A DNA stretch of 63,975 nucleotides, counting the filler, from Trypethelium eluteriae (Eukaryota), in assembly GCA_051942245.1 (NCBI GenBank). It is 5 parts of 5 records of this genome, joined end to end, with 100 filler letters (N's around TTAATTAATTAA, not from the genome) between each part and the next. Parts side by side here need not be neighbours in the genome. Positions count along the whole stretch, not along the records: positions 40,756 to 54,121 come from JAVECL010000736.1; positions 54,222 to 63,975 come from JAVECL010000906.1; 3 more parts are not named here. One strand, written 5' to 3'. Numbering within the stretch: position 1 is the first letter of the stretch; each line of letters begins with the position of its first letter. A program made the position numbers and the translations under genes. Positions 47,541 to 58,124 of the stretch are shown piece by piece. The notes beneath the pieces are model-generated. The model was not told the DNA's origin. It made no database searches and was given only the letters and a program-made list of their open reading frames with translations.

Positions 47541-49433
47541 TCACCTCGAAGAGCGTCCAAACCATTCGTTTCGATTATCCAGCTCCCACTCTTTCCCTTT
47601 CGGATATCGCCACTTCCCCATGTACGGATGCTTCATCCACCTCTCGACAGTGCACTCTCTTACGCTATTGATATCTCTTTGCAGTCCGTTTTGACTGTTA
47701 GCATAATTCCATTTCCGGCCACATTTGCAATGGCAGTCGACCCACTTGTCGAAGTGAGAGATTATCTTTCGCCGCCGGTCGGATAGCACCGGCTCTCCGT
47801 ATTCATGCGGCAAATGCTCCTTGTGCATTGTACTCTCGAGATGAATCATGTAGGTGACGGCAAGGGTGTGATGCTTATTTAAGGGAACACTTTTGGGCCC
47901 AACACGTTCCCAGCAGTCGGCCACCAAGTCTGGCCGTGGGTTTCGGTTGTTAAACTGGCTTGCGAATGCTTGGACTATGGTCTCATTAGTGGGGTCCCTG
48001 GTGTATTCGAGAACTATGCTTACAGTTTACCAGGCCTTTGTCATCTTTACAGTCGTCATACATTATTTCATATATTCGCATGGCATCTGCTGACAAGTGA
48101 GTCCAGTAGCAATCAGGAACTTGATGGCGGTCTCGATTGGCAATGTATTTTTCTGTTGAGTCAAGCGTGCTATACGCCGAGGCATCCCGATGAACTACTT
48201 GTGAGCCTACTGCACGATCATCTTGGCTCAAACCGCGTTCTTATTGGGGAATCAGCTGGGATCGATTGAAACCCTACATGATTTACGCACCTCTCGCTGG
48301 AGCCACTGAAGGAGCAGAGCTCGGAGCCTGAGAGATCGCGACAAGCTTCTCAAACATAAGGCGTACATATGGGTCATCACCATATCTCGCCGTAGCAGCG
48401 GCAATTACTCCAGCTTTCTCAGCCTCCTCTAATCCCACGTCTCCAAGACCATGAACGACGTTCAAACGATAGTATCCATCCTTTGTGACCAAATCAGCAT
48501 GATCTTGGACGAACTGATTTGCTGTGCGTTCAGTCTCCGTCGCAGCTGCTTTGAGAGTATTGAAGACTTGTTTGAGAGATTCTCCAAATGGCTCAGGATA
48601 TGGTACACCAGTGCCGATAGAGACGACGTATTGGACAGTGCTCTCCATCGTCTCACCGGACTGAGGTGGCCAAAGCCGTCTGGCCTCGTCCCAGAGTATA
48701 GTGACTGGATTATTGCGACCGACGGCGCCATCCAGAAAGGTCTGTGACGGCTCACCTATCTGAATGGGTTCGAAGAATGATGATGCTGCTGATGTTGCTC
48801 TGGCAGCTTCCCAGATTTTGGCAGAGTCATATAGGCCTCTGTTCGACTCGCCACGGCGACCGTAGCTCGAAAAGACGACGTGATAATCCCCGAATTCCCC
48901 GGAAAGCGCTACTACAAATCTTGAATCCATCAGTTCCAAGGTCTCTTTATTGATAAATTCCAACTTACGTCTTGCACCCGCTTGGTGTTTCTTTCCGCAT
49001 GACAGCACTGACACCTGAGCCCTCCGCCCTAATAGTGGCGCTTTGTGCAACAATATCTTTGATTGCTTTTTCCAGGTCCACAGTCTTGAACCTGGGCTGG
49101 ATCCTTCCTCGCCAGTTGACGGAGGACATATGCTGCCTCCGAAAGACCTTCTTGGAGAGCGCAATGTACTCCTTGATGCAGTCGTCTACTGTCATCTCTA
49201 GTCGGCCTAGCATAATGGCGATCAAACTGAAGGCTTAGCAGAAGATTATTCAACTGATAGAAGGCGACTTACCCTCCTGTGCTAGTTCCACCGATCATAT
49301 CAAACCATTCACATGGCTTTGGTGGGTTCTCATAGTTGATGGACTCCATGAGTTGCTTCAACAGGTACAGAGACGACAAGCCGCGGACGCCGCCGCCGTC
49401 AAAGCAAAGAATACGTTTCTTCCGGGTCGACAT
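47541..49433 (-). CDS. Patatin-like phospholipase (PNPLA8/iPLA2-like) with predicted C-terminal EH-like extension, 5 exons, ~565 aa
   Basis: DGGGVRG, GTSTG nucleophile, ARATSAA, DGA and NNP motifs. Exons 49433-49273, 49226-48969, 48919-48291, 48239-48024 and 47974-47541 all join in phase. The patatin part is near certain and the last two exons are less so. Confidence 0.85.
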
Positions 49434-50543
49434 TTCCGCTTCAATTTGGACAATTCACGTGGAGAAGAATTTGGTAGATCCTCCGGCCACGACAAGCTGC
49501 TACAGGACTAGGCATATATGTATTTATCTCCTATCCATGCCCTAGATCGAGTTCGATTCTCCCAAAATTATCTTCTGTCGACAAGCGCATAGCCATCCTT
49601 CATATGGCTGAAGGCTGACTCGTTCGCTTCACTTTACTCCGTACTGAGCTGAGATCAAGCACCAAGCACAGCAACTGCTGGTCTGTATCCGGGATGCCTA
49701 AGCCGCATCGTTCGGGACGAATCCAGATCTTCATGCCTACCCAAATCCTTGCTGCGACACAATGATAGGATGATTTGTGGCTTTCCGTGGTTCGATCTAG
49801 CCAGGTTGAGAGGTCGGGTCGGCGGGCGCGCACAGCTGGCACACATTCAAGTTGGAGGGGCGCTTTCGAGTGACGACTTTGCCCTGGACCAGGGATACCG
49901 ATGTGCGAGGCTTTCTTGCAGTGAATCCAAATCCACATCTTGGGAAGCCTGGACCCTGACGAGGCTGACAAACCCTTGACTATATCTGTCGCATCTTTTC
50001 TTTTTGGGCGGTGTTTCTCTTTTTTAAGTTAAGTGCAAAAGCCAACGACCAATCGGCGCTGTCAAATATCCTGGGGTAGCCGAGCACGTCAGGGTGCCTG
50101 ACCACTAGTGCCCCGGCATTCCAGCTAAAGCTCGACTTCGCCGAGAGAAATGATTCTAGCTTCCAACCCTATTCTTCGCCCTAAGTCTTTCGGATATCTC
50201 ATGGTTGCAAATCCAAGCCAAGCCAAGCCAATGGAATCTAGCTTTATTATCGCCAATCGAGAAGAGGCCGATCAAGCTCGCTACGGCCGACACGCTGTGC
50301 CGGCCATGGATTAGTCGATGGCTGCCTTCATATTGATTGCTTTTCAGGTCGAAAGGCGGCGAGCTCCTCGATGCGCTTCGAACTATTCTAGGCCTCCAAA
50401 GTGGAGGGGCTGATTTGGATTGAGGCTCTGCTGAGTGGCATTTGAAGACACCGGCCTTCCACCGTTCAGACGTCCCCATGTAAGCCGAGTGACTTTCGTC
50501 ATATTTCTGTCCTCATCCACCTTCTCGTACTCGGTCAATCTTC

Positions 50544-51501
50544 ATGGCGGCGGTCATAACACCCGGACCTTCTCTCGCCAAAAGAGATGGAAGTGTGTGG
50601 GGCTACGTGGGTGGCGACAGCAGTAAGAATCTCTCACCTGATTGCAAACGGCATCGATTTGACCGTTGAATAGACTCTCCTCTTTCCTGTCCCAGCGGTC
50701 TCACACCAACCCAAGCTGGCGCTGCAGCGAATATGATCATCTGCTGCAACGAGGCCAGCTGTGTCAACGCTTGGGGTACCTGTCTGCCCTATCTCGGCAA
50801 TACTCTGGATCCTCAGATATGCTCTGATGTCTATACTTCATGTCTTCAATGGTATGTAGCCAGTTCGACTTGGCACTCTGAGTTGTACTTTCGATCGAGC
50901 TGGTCAATATAATTCTGCTGATTTGGACACTGACGGGAAGCACTTTACAGTGATGTAAACACACCATCATGCCTTGCGTATGTGCGGATTACGGATCCAC
51001 AGCAGGTCAATGGATTGACAAGCCTTGGATGTGCTGCAACAGGTGGTGTTATCAACGTCCTTGCATCCGCGACAAATGGAGGTATGTTGCATGCGAGGCA
51101 TCCGTCTTCTCTGGCATTACTTCCGCCTGCTCCTGTCACCCAACTCTCGTACATGTGGGGCCGCCTTTGAGCTAAGAACACATTTAGATTCACCTGCTTC
51201 AACGATTCCTACATCGACGGATACTTCCGGCGGCAGCGGCAACCTTTTTTCCGGTGCCGATAGTTCTACCGGCGGGGGTCAAAGCAGTGCTTCTCATCAC
51301 TCTCTTGGCACTGGCGCTATTGTAGGCATCATCATAGGGGCCATATTCGTTATTGCTATCCTTGTCGGACTCATTATTTTGTCTATAAAATGGTGCAAAC
51401 AAGGGACAAAGCCGAAGGGGAAAGTGGGAGAGCCCTCGAACTATGCGGATACAGACTATGAGTTTAGGATGAGAGAATTCGCCAGGCATCCGGGTCCATG
51501 A
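50544..51501 (+). CDS. Cys-rich single-pass membrane protein, 4 exons
   Basis: Spliced MAAVITPGPSLAKRDGSVWGYVGGDS|NSPLSCPSG...MIICCNEASCVNAWGTCLPY...CLQC|DVNTPSCLAY...SLGCAATGG...|S/T/G linker, TM GAIVGIIIGAIFVIAILVGLIILSI, and a basic stop-transfer segment. Confidence 0.8.
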
Positions 51502-52333
51502 TAAGGCTCTAATGTCGTAGCGAATCCTAGTGCGCCCAGATTCTGCAGTACTGTGAATACAGGTTTGTTTCTTTCAACTTACGATACCAGGACATTTTCG
51601 ACATAAAGATAGGGCTATCGGCAGCTTTGGGATGATATGGGAATAACTCATGCGTTCTCGAAGACAGCTAAGGAGACTGGAGTTCTATTTTTCCATGCGG
51701 TGTATTTTCAGCAGATTATTCTCGAGCCTAGAATCCAAGCGTTCCATACTTGGTTCGCATGTCTTGCTGCCCTCTTCTTCCACTCCTCCCGCTCTTTACC
51801 TTGCTAAATAACTCACAAAGCCTTGATCATGAATAAAGTGCATCTATCTTGCGTATCTCCAAGAACAATTCTACTATTCATTGGTACCAATGAGAATCTT
51901 TAGTGTCGACTGCATAGATGCTATCGGAACCCAATTTTGCTATTTGCCAAACGAGCAATCTTGGTCCCTACCTAAATGGTGATCCAACCCTCTAACACCT
52001 CGCAGGAGGTGCGAAAATGAGGAGGGTGGAGGGGAAATCTCAAAGCTATCTAGACGTTTGATAGAATGCTAATGCAGGCTATTTGTCACCTTGCAATGAT
52101 AGTAGAGCAAGGCACGAGTTGATGACCACAATGGCTACAAGTATAAATTTGATTCTTGGTAAGTTGCTTGCTATCTTTCTCAAATTCCATGGATGGAACG
52201 CTACTTGGGGGGCACTATCACAACACTTACACCTTCTCTCAAGGCAGAGTTGTGGTTTCATAAGATCCATTTTCAAATCTAGACCTCCATATGCTTGCTG
52301 GCGCGGCCTTTTGCCCACCTGCCATGACCTAAC

Positions 52334-52864
52334 TCAGTGATGCTCTATTCCAGAAGCAAGTCCAAGTAGCAGCAAGACCCCTATGATCAAGCCTAGCCCA
52401 GGTTCCCCTAAGAGAATTCCGATGAGCATCGACAGCGCCACGAAGATGCCTCCTGTAGGTCCCATCAATTCCCGTTTCATCGCCTCCACATCCCCCTGCT
52501 TCTTCGCCAGCTCTTGCATCATTGTCAACAGGAAAAATGATAGGCAGACAAAGCACAGGAATCGGAGGGAAGTACGGACATCCTGCCACAAGCTTTCACT
52601 AAAGGACGGCTCTAGCTGAGGCTTCGGATTAGTAGGAGCCGGAGACTTGGACATGTCGTCCGAGGTGGTAGTGTCGGCTATGTCGTTGCTGGTTTTGTGC
52701 TTGATGACGACCGGGCCGGAGATAATCAGACTCCCAAGCTCGGGGAGGCTGGGGTAGTGGGTGTTGGTTGCAATGGTGATGCTGTTGGAGGCAAGAACAG
52801 TAGGCGGGTCTGTATCAGCGGTGGGAGCGTCCACCTTGGTATCCTTAATTTTTTTGGGCACCAT
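52334..52864 (-). CDS. Hypothetical small membrane protein
   Basis: 176-codon ATG ORF with a polar N-half and about three hydrophobic segments at the C-terminus. No family recognised. Confidence 0.5.
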   Translation of the reverse strand: MVPKKIKDTKVDAPTADTDPPTVLASNSITIATNTHYPSLPELGSLIISGPVVIKHKTSNDIADTTTSDDMSKSPAPTNPKPQLEPSFSESLWQDVRTSLRFLCFVCLSFFLLTMMQELAKKQGDVEAMKRELMGPTGGIFVALSMLIGILLGEPGLGLIIGVLLLLGLASGIEHH

Positions 52865-53238
52865 CGTGAAGGCTTTTGGGTGAGATGCTGGGGATGCCCA
52901 ATGAGCAGAAAGCTTTGATGAATGTGATGCTCGGTAGAAGTATCTGGAGAAAATTTGCTGAATGCTGATCGTGAAGGTTCTCCAAGAAAGTAGTGGAATG
53001 GAGGAAAGGTGTAGCTTGGAGGGAGAGGGCTACTCTCTTATACACGCAATATGTTAAGACTAGTCTCTCTTTTGCCGGCTATATCAAACAGTTTTCCATC
53101 CATTCCGCAGCGCCAATGTTGCGTGTCTCAGGTATGTCTCCGGTACCCGAGCGGTACCATCGCGGTAGTATACATCAAAAAAGCTGGATATCAAAGAAAA
53201 CATGCTGGTATCCGCTTACGCACCAAACAGACAAATCC

Positions 53239-54121
53239 TTAATACCACTCAACAGGCTCGACTTCACCGCCACGAGCCTGGCCAGGCCCATTTCCAAAGC
53301 CATCTGCCGCTCTATCCTTTCCCATAACGTCATCATCTCCCATTCCCTGATTTCCCTCAAACTCCATCTCAGACATTCCAAAGTCCGAGCCACTCCTACC
53401 TGCAGGCGCCGGTTCCGCCTTCGCATCCGTGCCGGGCGGTCCCTGCAACCGCTGCACATTAGCCTCCGCCTGTTTCTTCTTCCGCTCCGCCCACCAGAGC
53501 GTCATGGACTTGCTCCGCTTCTCGCTTTTGGCCTGCTGTTTGCGCTTCTGCACGCCTTCCGGCTCCGGCTTCAGCACCCCGAGATCTGGTCCCGGTCCGG
53601 CTTTGCCCCCACTGGGCCTCTTGAGAAGCGGTCCTGCTGAGATCTTGCGTGGCGCCTTCCCCGACCCCGCCTGCTCTGGCACTGTTGTGGGAACCGGAGG
53701 GGTCCCCGCAGCACGAACGCCCATATCCACAGGGAAGGTCCCAAGATAGCTCTGCGCCGGATACGGCGGCGACGGCCCGGCGCCCATCACGCTCGTTGGC
53801 CCCGCCGCAAACGAGCCCGGCGCCCTCACCTGCCCATCTCCCATCCTCTCCGCCGCCGTATTCGCCGACGCCATCACCTCCGCGTCCGTCGCGGTCGCCG
53901 CCGTCGTCGTAGCCGGCGCCGCCACCATCGGCGTCCCAGCCCTCGACTCATCAACCTCCCCCAGCGACGGCACCGACATCGGAACCACCTGCTGCTGCTT
54001 CTTCACCCACGTGCCCCTCGGGCCCTTCTTAATTCCCGCATCCGGCCTCTTCTGCAAATTCTTGCTCCCCTTCGGCCGTCCCCTACGCTTCGGCGGGCCA
54101 CCCCCCGCCGAAGCGTAGGGG
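53239..54121 (-). CDS. C-terminal fragment of an AT-hook-containing nuclear protein (5'-truncated)
   Basis: PKRRGRPKGSKN AT-hook, KRPDAGIKKGPR, RSKSMTLWWAERKKKQ, open frame to the contig end. Confidence 0.7.
54080..54121. repeat. Perfect 18-bp inverted repeat with 6-nt loop forming the contig end
   Basis: cccctacgcttcggcggg-ccaccc-cccgccgaagcgtagggg. Confidence 0.9.
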
Positions 54122-54221
54122 NNNNNNNNNNNNNNNNNNNNNNNNNNNNNNNNNNNNNNNNNNNNTTAATTAATTAANNNNNNNNNNNNNNNNNNNNNNN
54201 NNNNNNNNNNNNNNNNNNNNN
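54122..54221. other. Artificial contig-joining spacer
   Basis: 44 N + TTAATTAATTAA + 44 N. Confidence 0.99.
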
Positions 54222-55356
54222 GATGAAGACGGGGTGAGGATGAGGCTGTGGTTGGGGTTGGGTTAGCGCGGGTTTGGTGCGACGAGCAGGAGCTAGGGAA
54301 GGAGGAGGGAGGGAGAGAGCTGGAAAGGAAGGAGGAGGGGGTTGAGCATACCGCGTCCGAATCATATCCAATGGAGCCAATACCGTCCCTGCGACCCCCG
54401 CCGCTGCGACCGCCACGGCGAGCGACGCCCATGGGTTCGGGCTGTCGACCACGTCTAGCCCGCCGACGCCGCCGTCGCCTGCCGCGCCGACGAAGATGCC
54501 GGGGTCGGGTAGGGAGAGCAGCGCGGCGAGCAGGCTGCGCGTCCAGGACTCGATGGTGCGGAGGAGGATCTGGTAGATGAAGGTCGCGTTGGTGGCTTTC
54601 CAGAGGCCGAAGGCGGATTCTTTCTGCCACAGCTGCGAGAGCGCGTCGAGGATGGAGTCTGAGTGGCGGATTTCGAGGCGGTAGGGGGTCGAGGAGGAGG
54701 TGGCATGTATATGGTGGGAGGAAGAGGAGGGGGGAGTTGGGGTTGCGGAGGCGGAGCGATTGAGAGTCTGGCGGGTTTGCCGATGGGACGGAGTAGTGGA
54801 GGAGGTCGCTTGTGGTGCGGTGGAGGTGAAGTAGGAGGGTTCGTCGTCGGATGAGTCTTCGGATGCGGATATCTAGTTGTGGCTCCTTTAGCAAGGCATT
54901 GCTGGAATGGGGACCCTCTTATTCGCCTACCTCTTGATAGGATTGATATCTTGAAGCATGAGATCTATTTGAACTCGTACGTGAGCTTCCATAGGGTGGT
55001 CTCCGTGTGGCATCTGGTTCTGCTGCCAGATGACATTGCAGCACTATCTTTGCTACTTCGAATGGTTGGGCCAGAAACACGCTTGTATATTTCCATACTG
55101 CTTGGTTGGCGAGTCTCTTCACTAGCTCTGACGTTGAAGGAGATGATTCCGGAAGATATTCCCCGTAATCTATGTCTGATAATAGATCTCGCGCCGAAGC
55201 TCCAAAGCTCTTGTTTTGCGGGGTTGAAGCTATTCGTTTGTTTGCCGGGAGGCCATACGCGCTAGCGTTCGATTGAGACGGATCGATGGGCGACCCGACA
55301 GACGGAGGAACGTAGTAGGGACGGAGTGGATTCGGAGTGTCTCTGGAAGTCGTCAT
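54222..55356 (-). CDS. UGO1: Mitochondrial fusion protein Ugo1 (carrier-like outer-membrane protein), multi-exon, 3'-truncated
   Basis: MTTSRDTPNPLRPYYVPP, ARDLLSDIDY, WKYTSVFLAQPFEVAKIVLQC, DDEPSYFTSTAP, GLWKATNATFIY, LAPLDMIRTR. Confidence 0.92.
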
Positions 55357-55565
55357 CGTGATGGGTTTGGTGTTGGAGCGCTCCATCTTTGCATCCCCAT
55401 GTTGCGGCGATAGGGTCGAGGTTTTAGTTTGCAAGGCCGCGGGAGTGACGCAGTTGAGGCGATTCTTCCGCGACTCGTCTCAATTCCGACATGTCCGGAA
55501 ATTTTGAATTCGACAACCAATAGTCGCATAACGCATTGCTCTTTTCACTTTTAGGAGGGCGAGCT

Positions 55566-56293
55566 ATGTCCCTCGCTCGACCTTTCTTTTCTTCATCCAT
55601 ATCACTCCGATCAGCGCCACGGTCGTTACAATGCTCCCTTCTTCGGGCTACATGTCATCAACAGTCATCATATCCTCGAATACACGGTAGCAGAAGAAGC
55701 TATGCCAACACGACCCAAGCGAGAAAATTTCGCAGGAATCATGACCATAACTTTGGCTTGCGTTGCCCCCAGCATTTAAATTCAATAAGGATACGGCGGT
55801 CATTCGGGACAACGCCAGTCGTCAGCCACGGTCACATTGATCCTCCAAAGCCCGGCGAAGAGTACGTAGAATTCGCTCTAAGTTTTTACATGATGAGATG
55901 TGTGGTCACCTTTTGGGACTGACTGACAATCTCCTTCTCAGGCGTCATGTCACATTTATTGATAAGGAGGGCGAAGAGCACAACTTCGAAGTCTCGGACG
56001 GCAGCAACCTCCTCGACATCGCTCAAGCCAACGACCTAGAAATGGAAGGTGCATGTGGCGGCAGCTGCGCATGTTCCACCTGTCACGTCATTGTGGAAGA
56101 TCAAGACATGTATGATAGAATGGAAGAGCCATCGGATGACGAGAACGATATGCTGGATCTGGCGTTCGGGCTGACAGAAACGAGCAGATTGGGCTGTCAG
56201 ATTCAGATGAGCAAGGACTTGGATGGATTACGGGTGAAACTGCCGAGCATGACGAGAAATCTACAGGCGAGCGATTTTGCAAAGAAAGAATGA
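55566..56293 (+). CDS. YAH1: Mitochondrial adrenodoxin-type [2Fe-2S] ferredoxin, one intron
   Basis: Presequence, then HGHIDPPKPGEE|RHVTFIDK, EGACGGSCACSTCHV, DMLDLAFGLTETSRLGCQ. Confidence 0.96.
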
Positions 56294-56485
56294 GAGTACA
56301 TGGGCATGACGGGAGCGATTTAGACGGGTTGTCACCACTCAACACCTTTACAGGTATGTGTAAATATCCAAGCAGAAAGGAGGACTGATCTCGTCACGAG
56401 ACTAGTACCTTTTGCTATTTGATATGCCTTTCAATGTACAACTTCAACAAGATCAGATATTCACAGGATCCCATCACTCTCAAGT

Positions 56486-57766
56486 TCATGTTCCTTGTGT
56501 TTTGAGCCACTCATCATACAAAGCCGTTCCATAGTCTCCTCTATTCGGCAAGCGCTGAATCGTGTGGATATGGTACTTCTTCGGCAGAGCGTTCGCCAAC
56601 CACACCCCATTGTGGTGATCAAATTCGTTCATGACCAATGGACTATGGACTCGGAAATAGAATGGCGTCTCGTCATTGACCGGACCTAGCCAGGCAAAGT
56701 ACGTTTCATCGAGATGGGCTTCTACGCGTGTCATCATGACCTCAAACGCGCCACTGGGCAGCAGCTCGTTGCATATTGCAACAATATCCAGTAGGGCTTT
56801 CCGCTGCGACTCGTCGAGTTCTTTGGCGCAGATCCCTTCGAAAGGAATCACGCGATTATCTTGAAACGCTCCACCTAATCCGCGGAGATCTGCTGGGTTC
56901 CATCGTCCTGACGGCATGGTCGATCCATCAATGTCATTAATGTCTCCTTGGATAGTCGCCTTCTTCTGTTGTTCCGGAGACAAGGATTTCATGAAGGCCA
57001 GGCCAGCAGCCTCCTCTTGGTTCAAGACTGTCATCCCTTTATTTGATCCATCGTCAATTTCATTAGGTTCTGCACCTATAAAGAATGGCCCTGCTACAAC
57101 TTCTCCAGCCAGAGTAAAGACGTTTAGACAGAGATGGTGGCCGAAAAGATTGAACCCCCAGGGCTTATCGGCTGCGGGCGTGCCGAACAGGCAAAAGTGG
57201 TAGCTGTCCTCGTTCATAACATTCCTGAGCGTTGTGACTTCGCCCAAGAAAGCATTGACCTTCATCGCCTTGACCACCTTCTCATAACCACGAGGCGACA
57301 GGCTTGCTTTGAGGAGGTCGTGAACAGCAGCTTTAAGAGAGGACGACATCTCTTCGAGCCGAATGCCACTGTCAACGATAATGACTTCCGGATTCGACCA
57401 TGATCTCCATTCGTGAGCGTCCGCAGCATAGCTAAAGCGCTTCCGTTCTACTTCCGATGCAGCTTTCAGGACGGCGTCCGCGGCCCGGACCATGGCGTCG
57501 GTGGGGCCATTGGCAGACTTGTCATGCTTCCATAAATCTCCTTTCACATGTCCGTCCGTCGTGAAGCCTTTGTAAGGGGCATTGTAGAGCTTTAGCCAAC
57601 CTTGAGCCACAGGGGTAAGGAAAATGCTCTCGTCACCTAATACACCATTCGAATGAGTTCTTGCGCCACGGTCATTAGGATGAAGGCGAGGATGGTCTAA
57701 AGGAATAATGTAGTCGCGGAAATTCTTTGACAGTTCAACGATAGGGGTTTTGCTAACGTATGCCAT
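56486..57766 (-). CDS. DUF3500-family protein, intronless
   Basis: WRSWSNPE, GIRLEE, SLSPRGYEK, FGHHLCLN, GAFQDNRVIPFEG, FYFRVHSP..EFDHHNGV, YHIHTIQRLPNRGDYG. The likely start is the second Met (MAYVSK). Confidence 0.8.
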   Translation of the reverse strand: MAYVSKTPIVELSKNFRDYIIPLDHPRLHPNDRGARTHSNGVLGDESIFLTPVAQGWLKLYNAPYKGFTTDGHVKGDLWKHDKSANGPTDAMVRAADAVLKAASEVERKRFSYAADAHEWRSWSNPEVIIVDSGIRLEEMSSSLKAAVHDLLKASLSPRGYEKVVKAMKVNAFLGEVTTLRNVMNEDSYHFCLFGTPAADKPWGFNLFGHHLCLNVFTLAGEVVAGPFFIGAEPNEIDDGSNKGMTVLNQEEAAGLAFMKSLSPEQQKKATIQGDINDIDGSTMPSGRWNPADLRGLGGAFQDNRVIPFEGICAKELDESQRKALLDIVAICNELLPSGAFEVMMTRVEAHLDETYFAWLGPVNDETPFYFRVHSPLVMNEFDHHNGVWLANALPKKYHIHTIQRLPNRGDYGTALYDEWLKTQGT

Positions 57767-58124
57767 GGCAAATTCAGCTCTGGACCGAGAAACGCACAGT
57801 GGTTGCTTGGTGATCTCAAATTTAGGACTGAAAGAAATTAAAGGAACATCGAACGCATCCCACATTCGGAAGATCTACCCTCAAGATATCTGCCTCCGCT
57901 GACCTACCCAGCCTTTAAACAGTCGCTACCCTCGAAAAAATGGAGTGCAGAATTAGAGCCGACGGAAGTGACCGAGAAAGCTACCCCGCGGTGTATCAAT
58001 TCCCGATGGAATGAACCGTTGAAGTACAAATTTCTACTTCGGTATGTTTCTAGGGAGATTTCAAGCTCTCATTTCTTCGATCAATGCTATCAATTTTGGT
58101 AATAGTACGATATGAAATATTTTC

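Noticed and set aside
49549..49561. GAGTTCGATTCTC, resembling a tRNA T-arm / B-box
   Set aside because: No acceptor stem, D-arm or anticodon arm could be folded around it.
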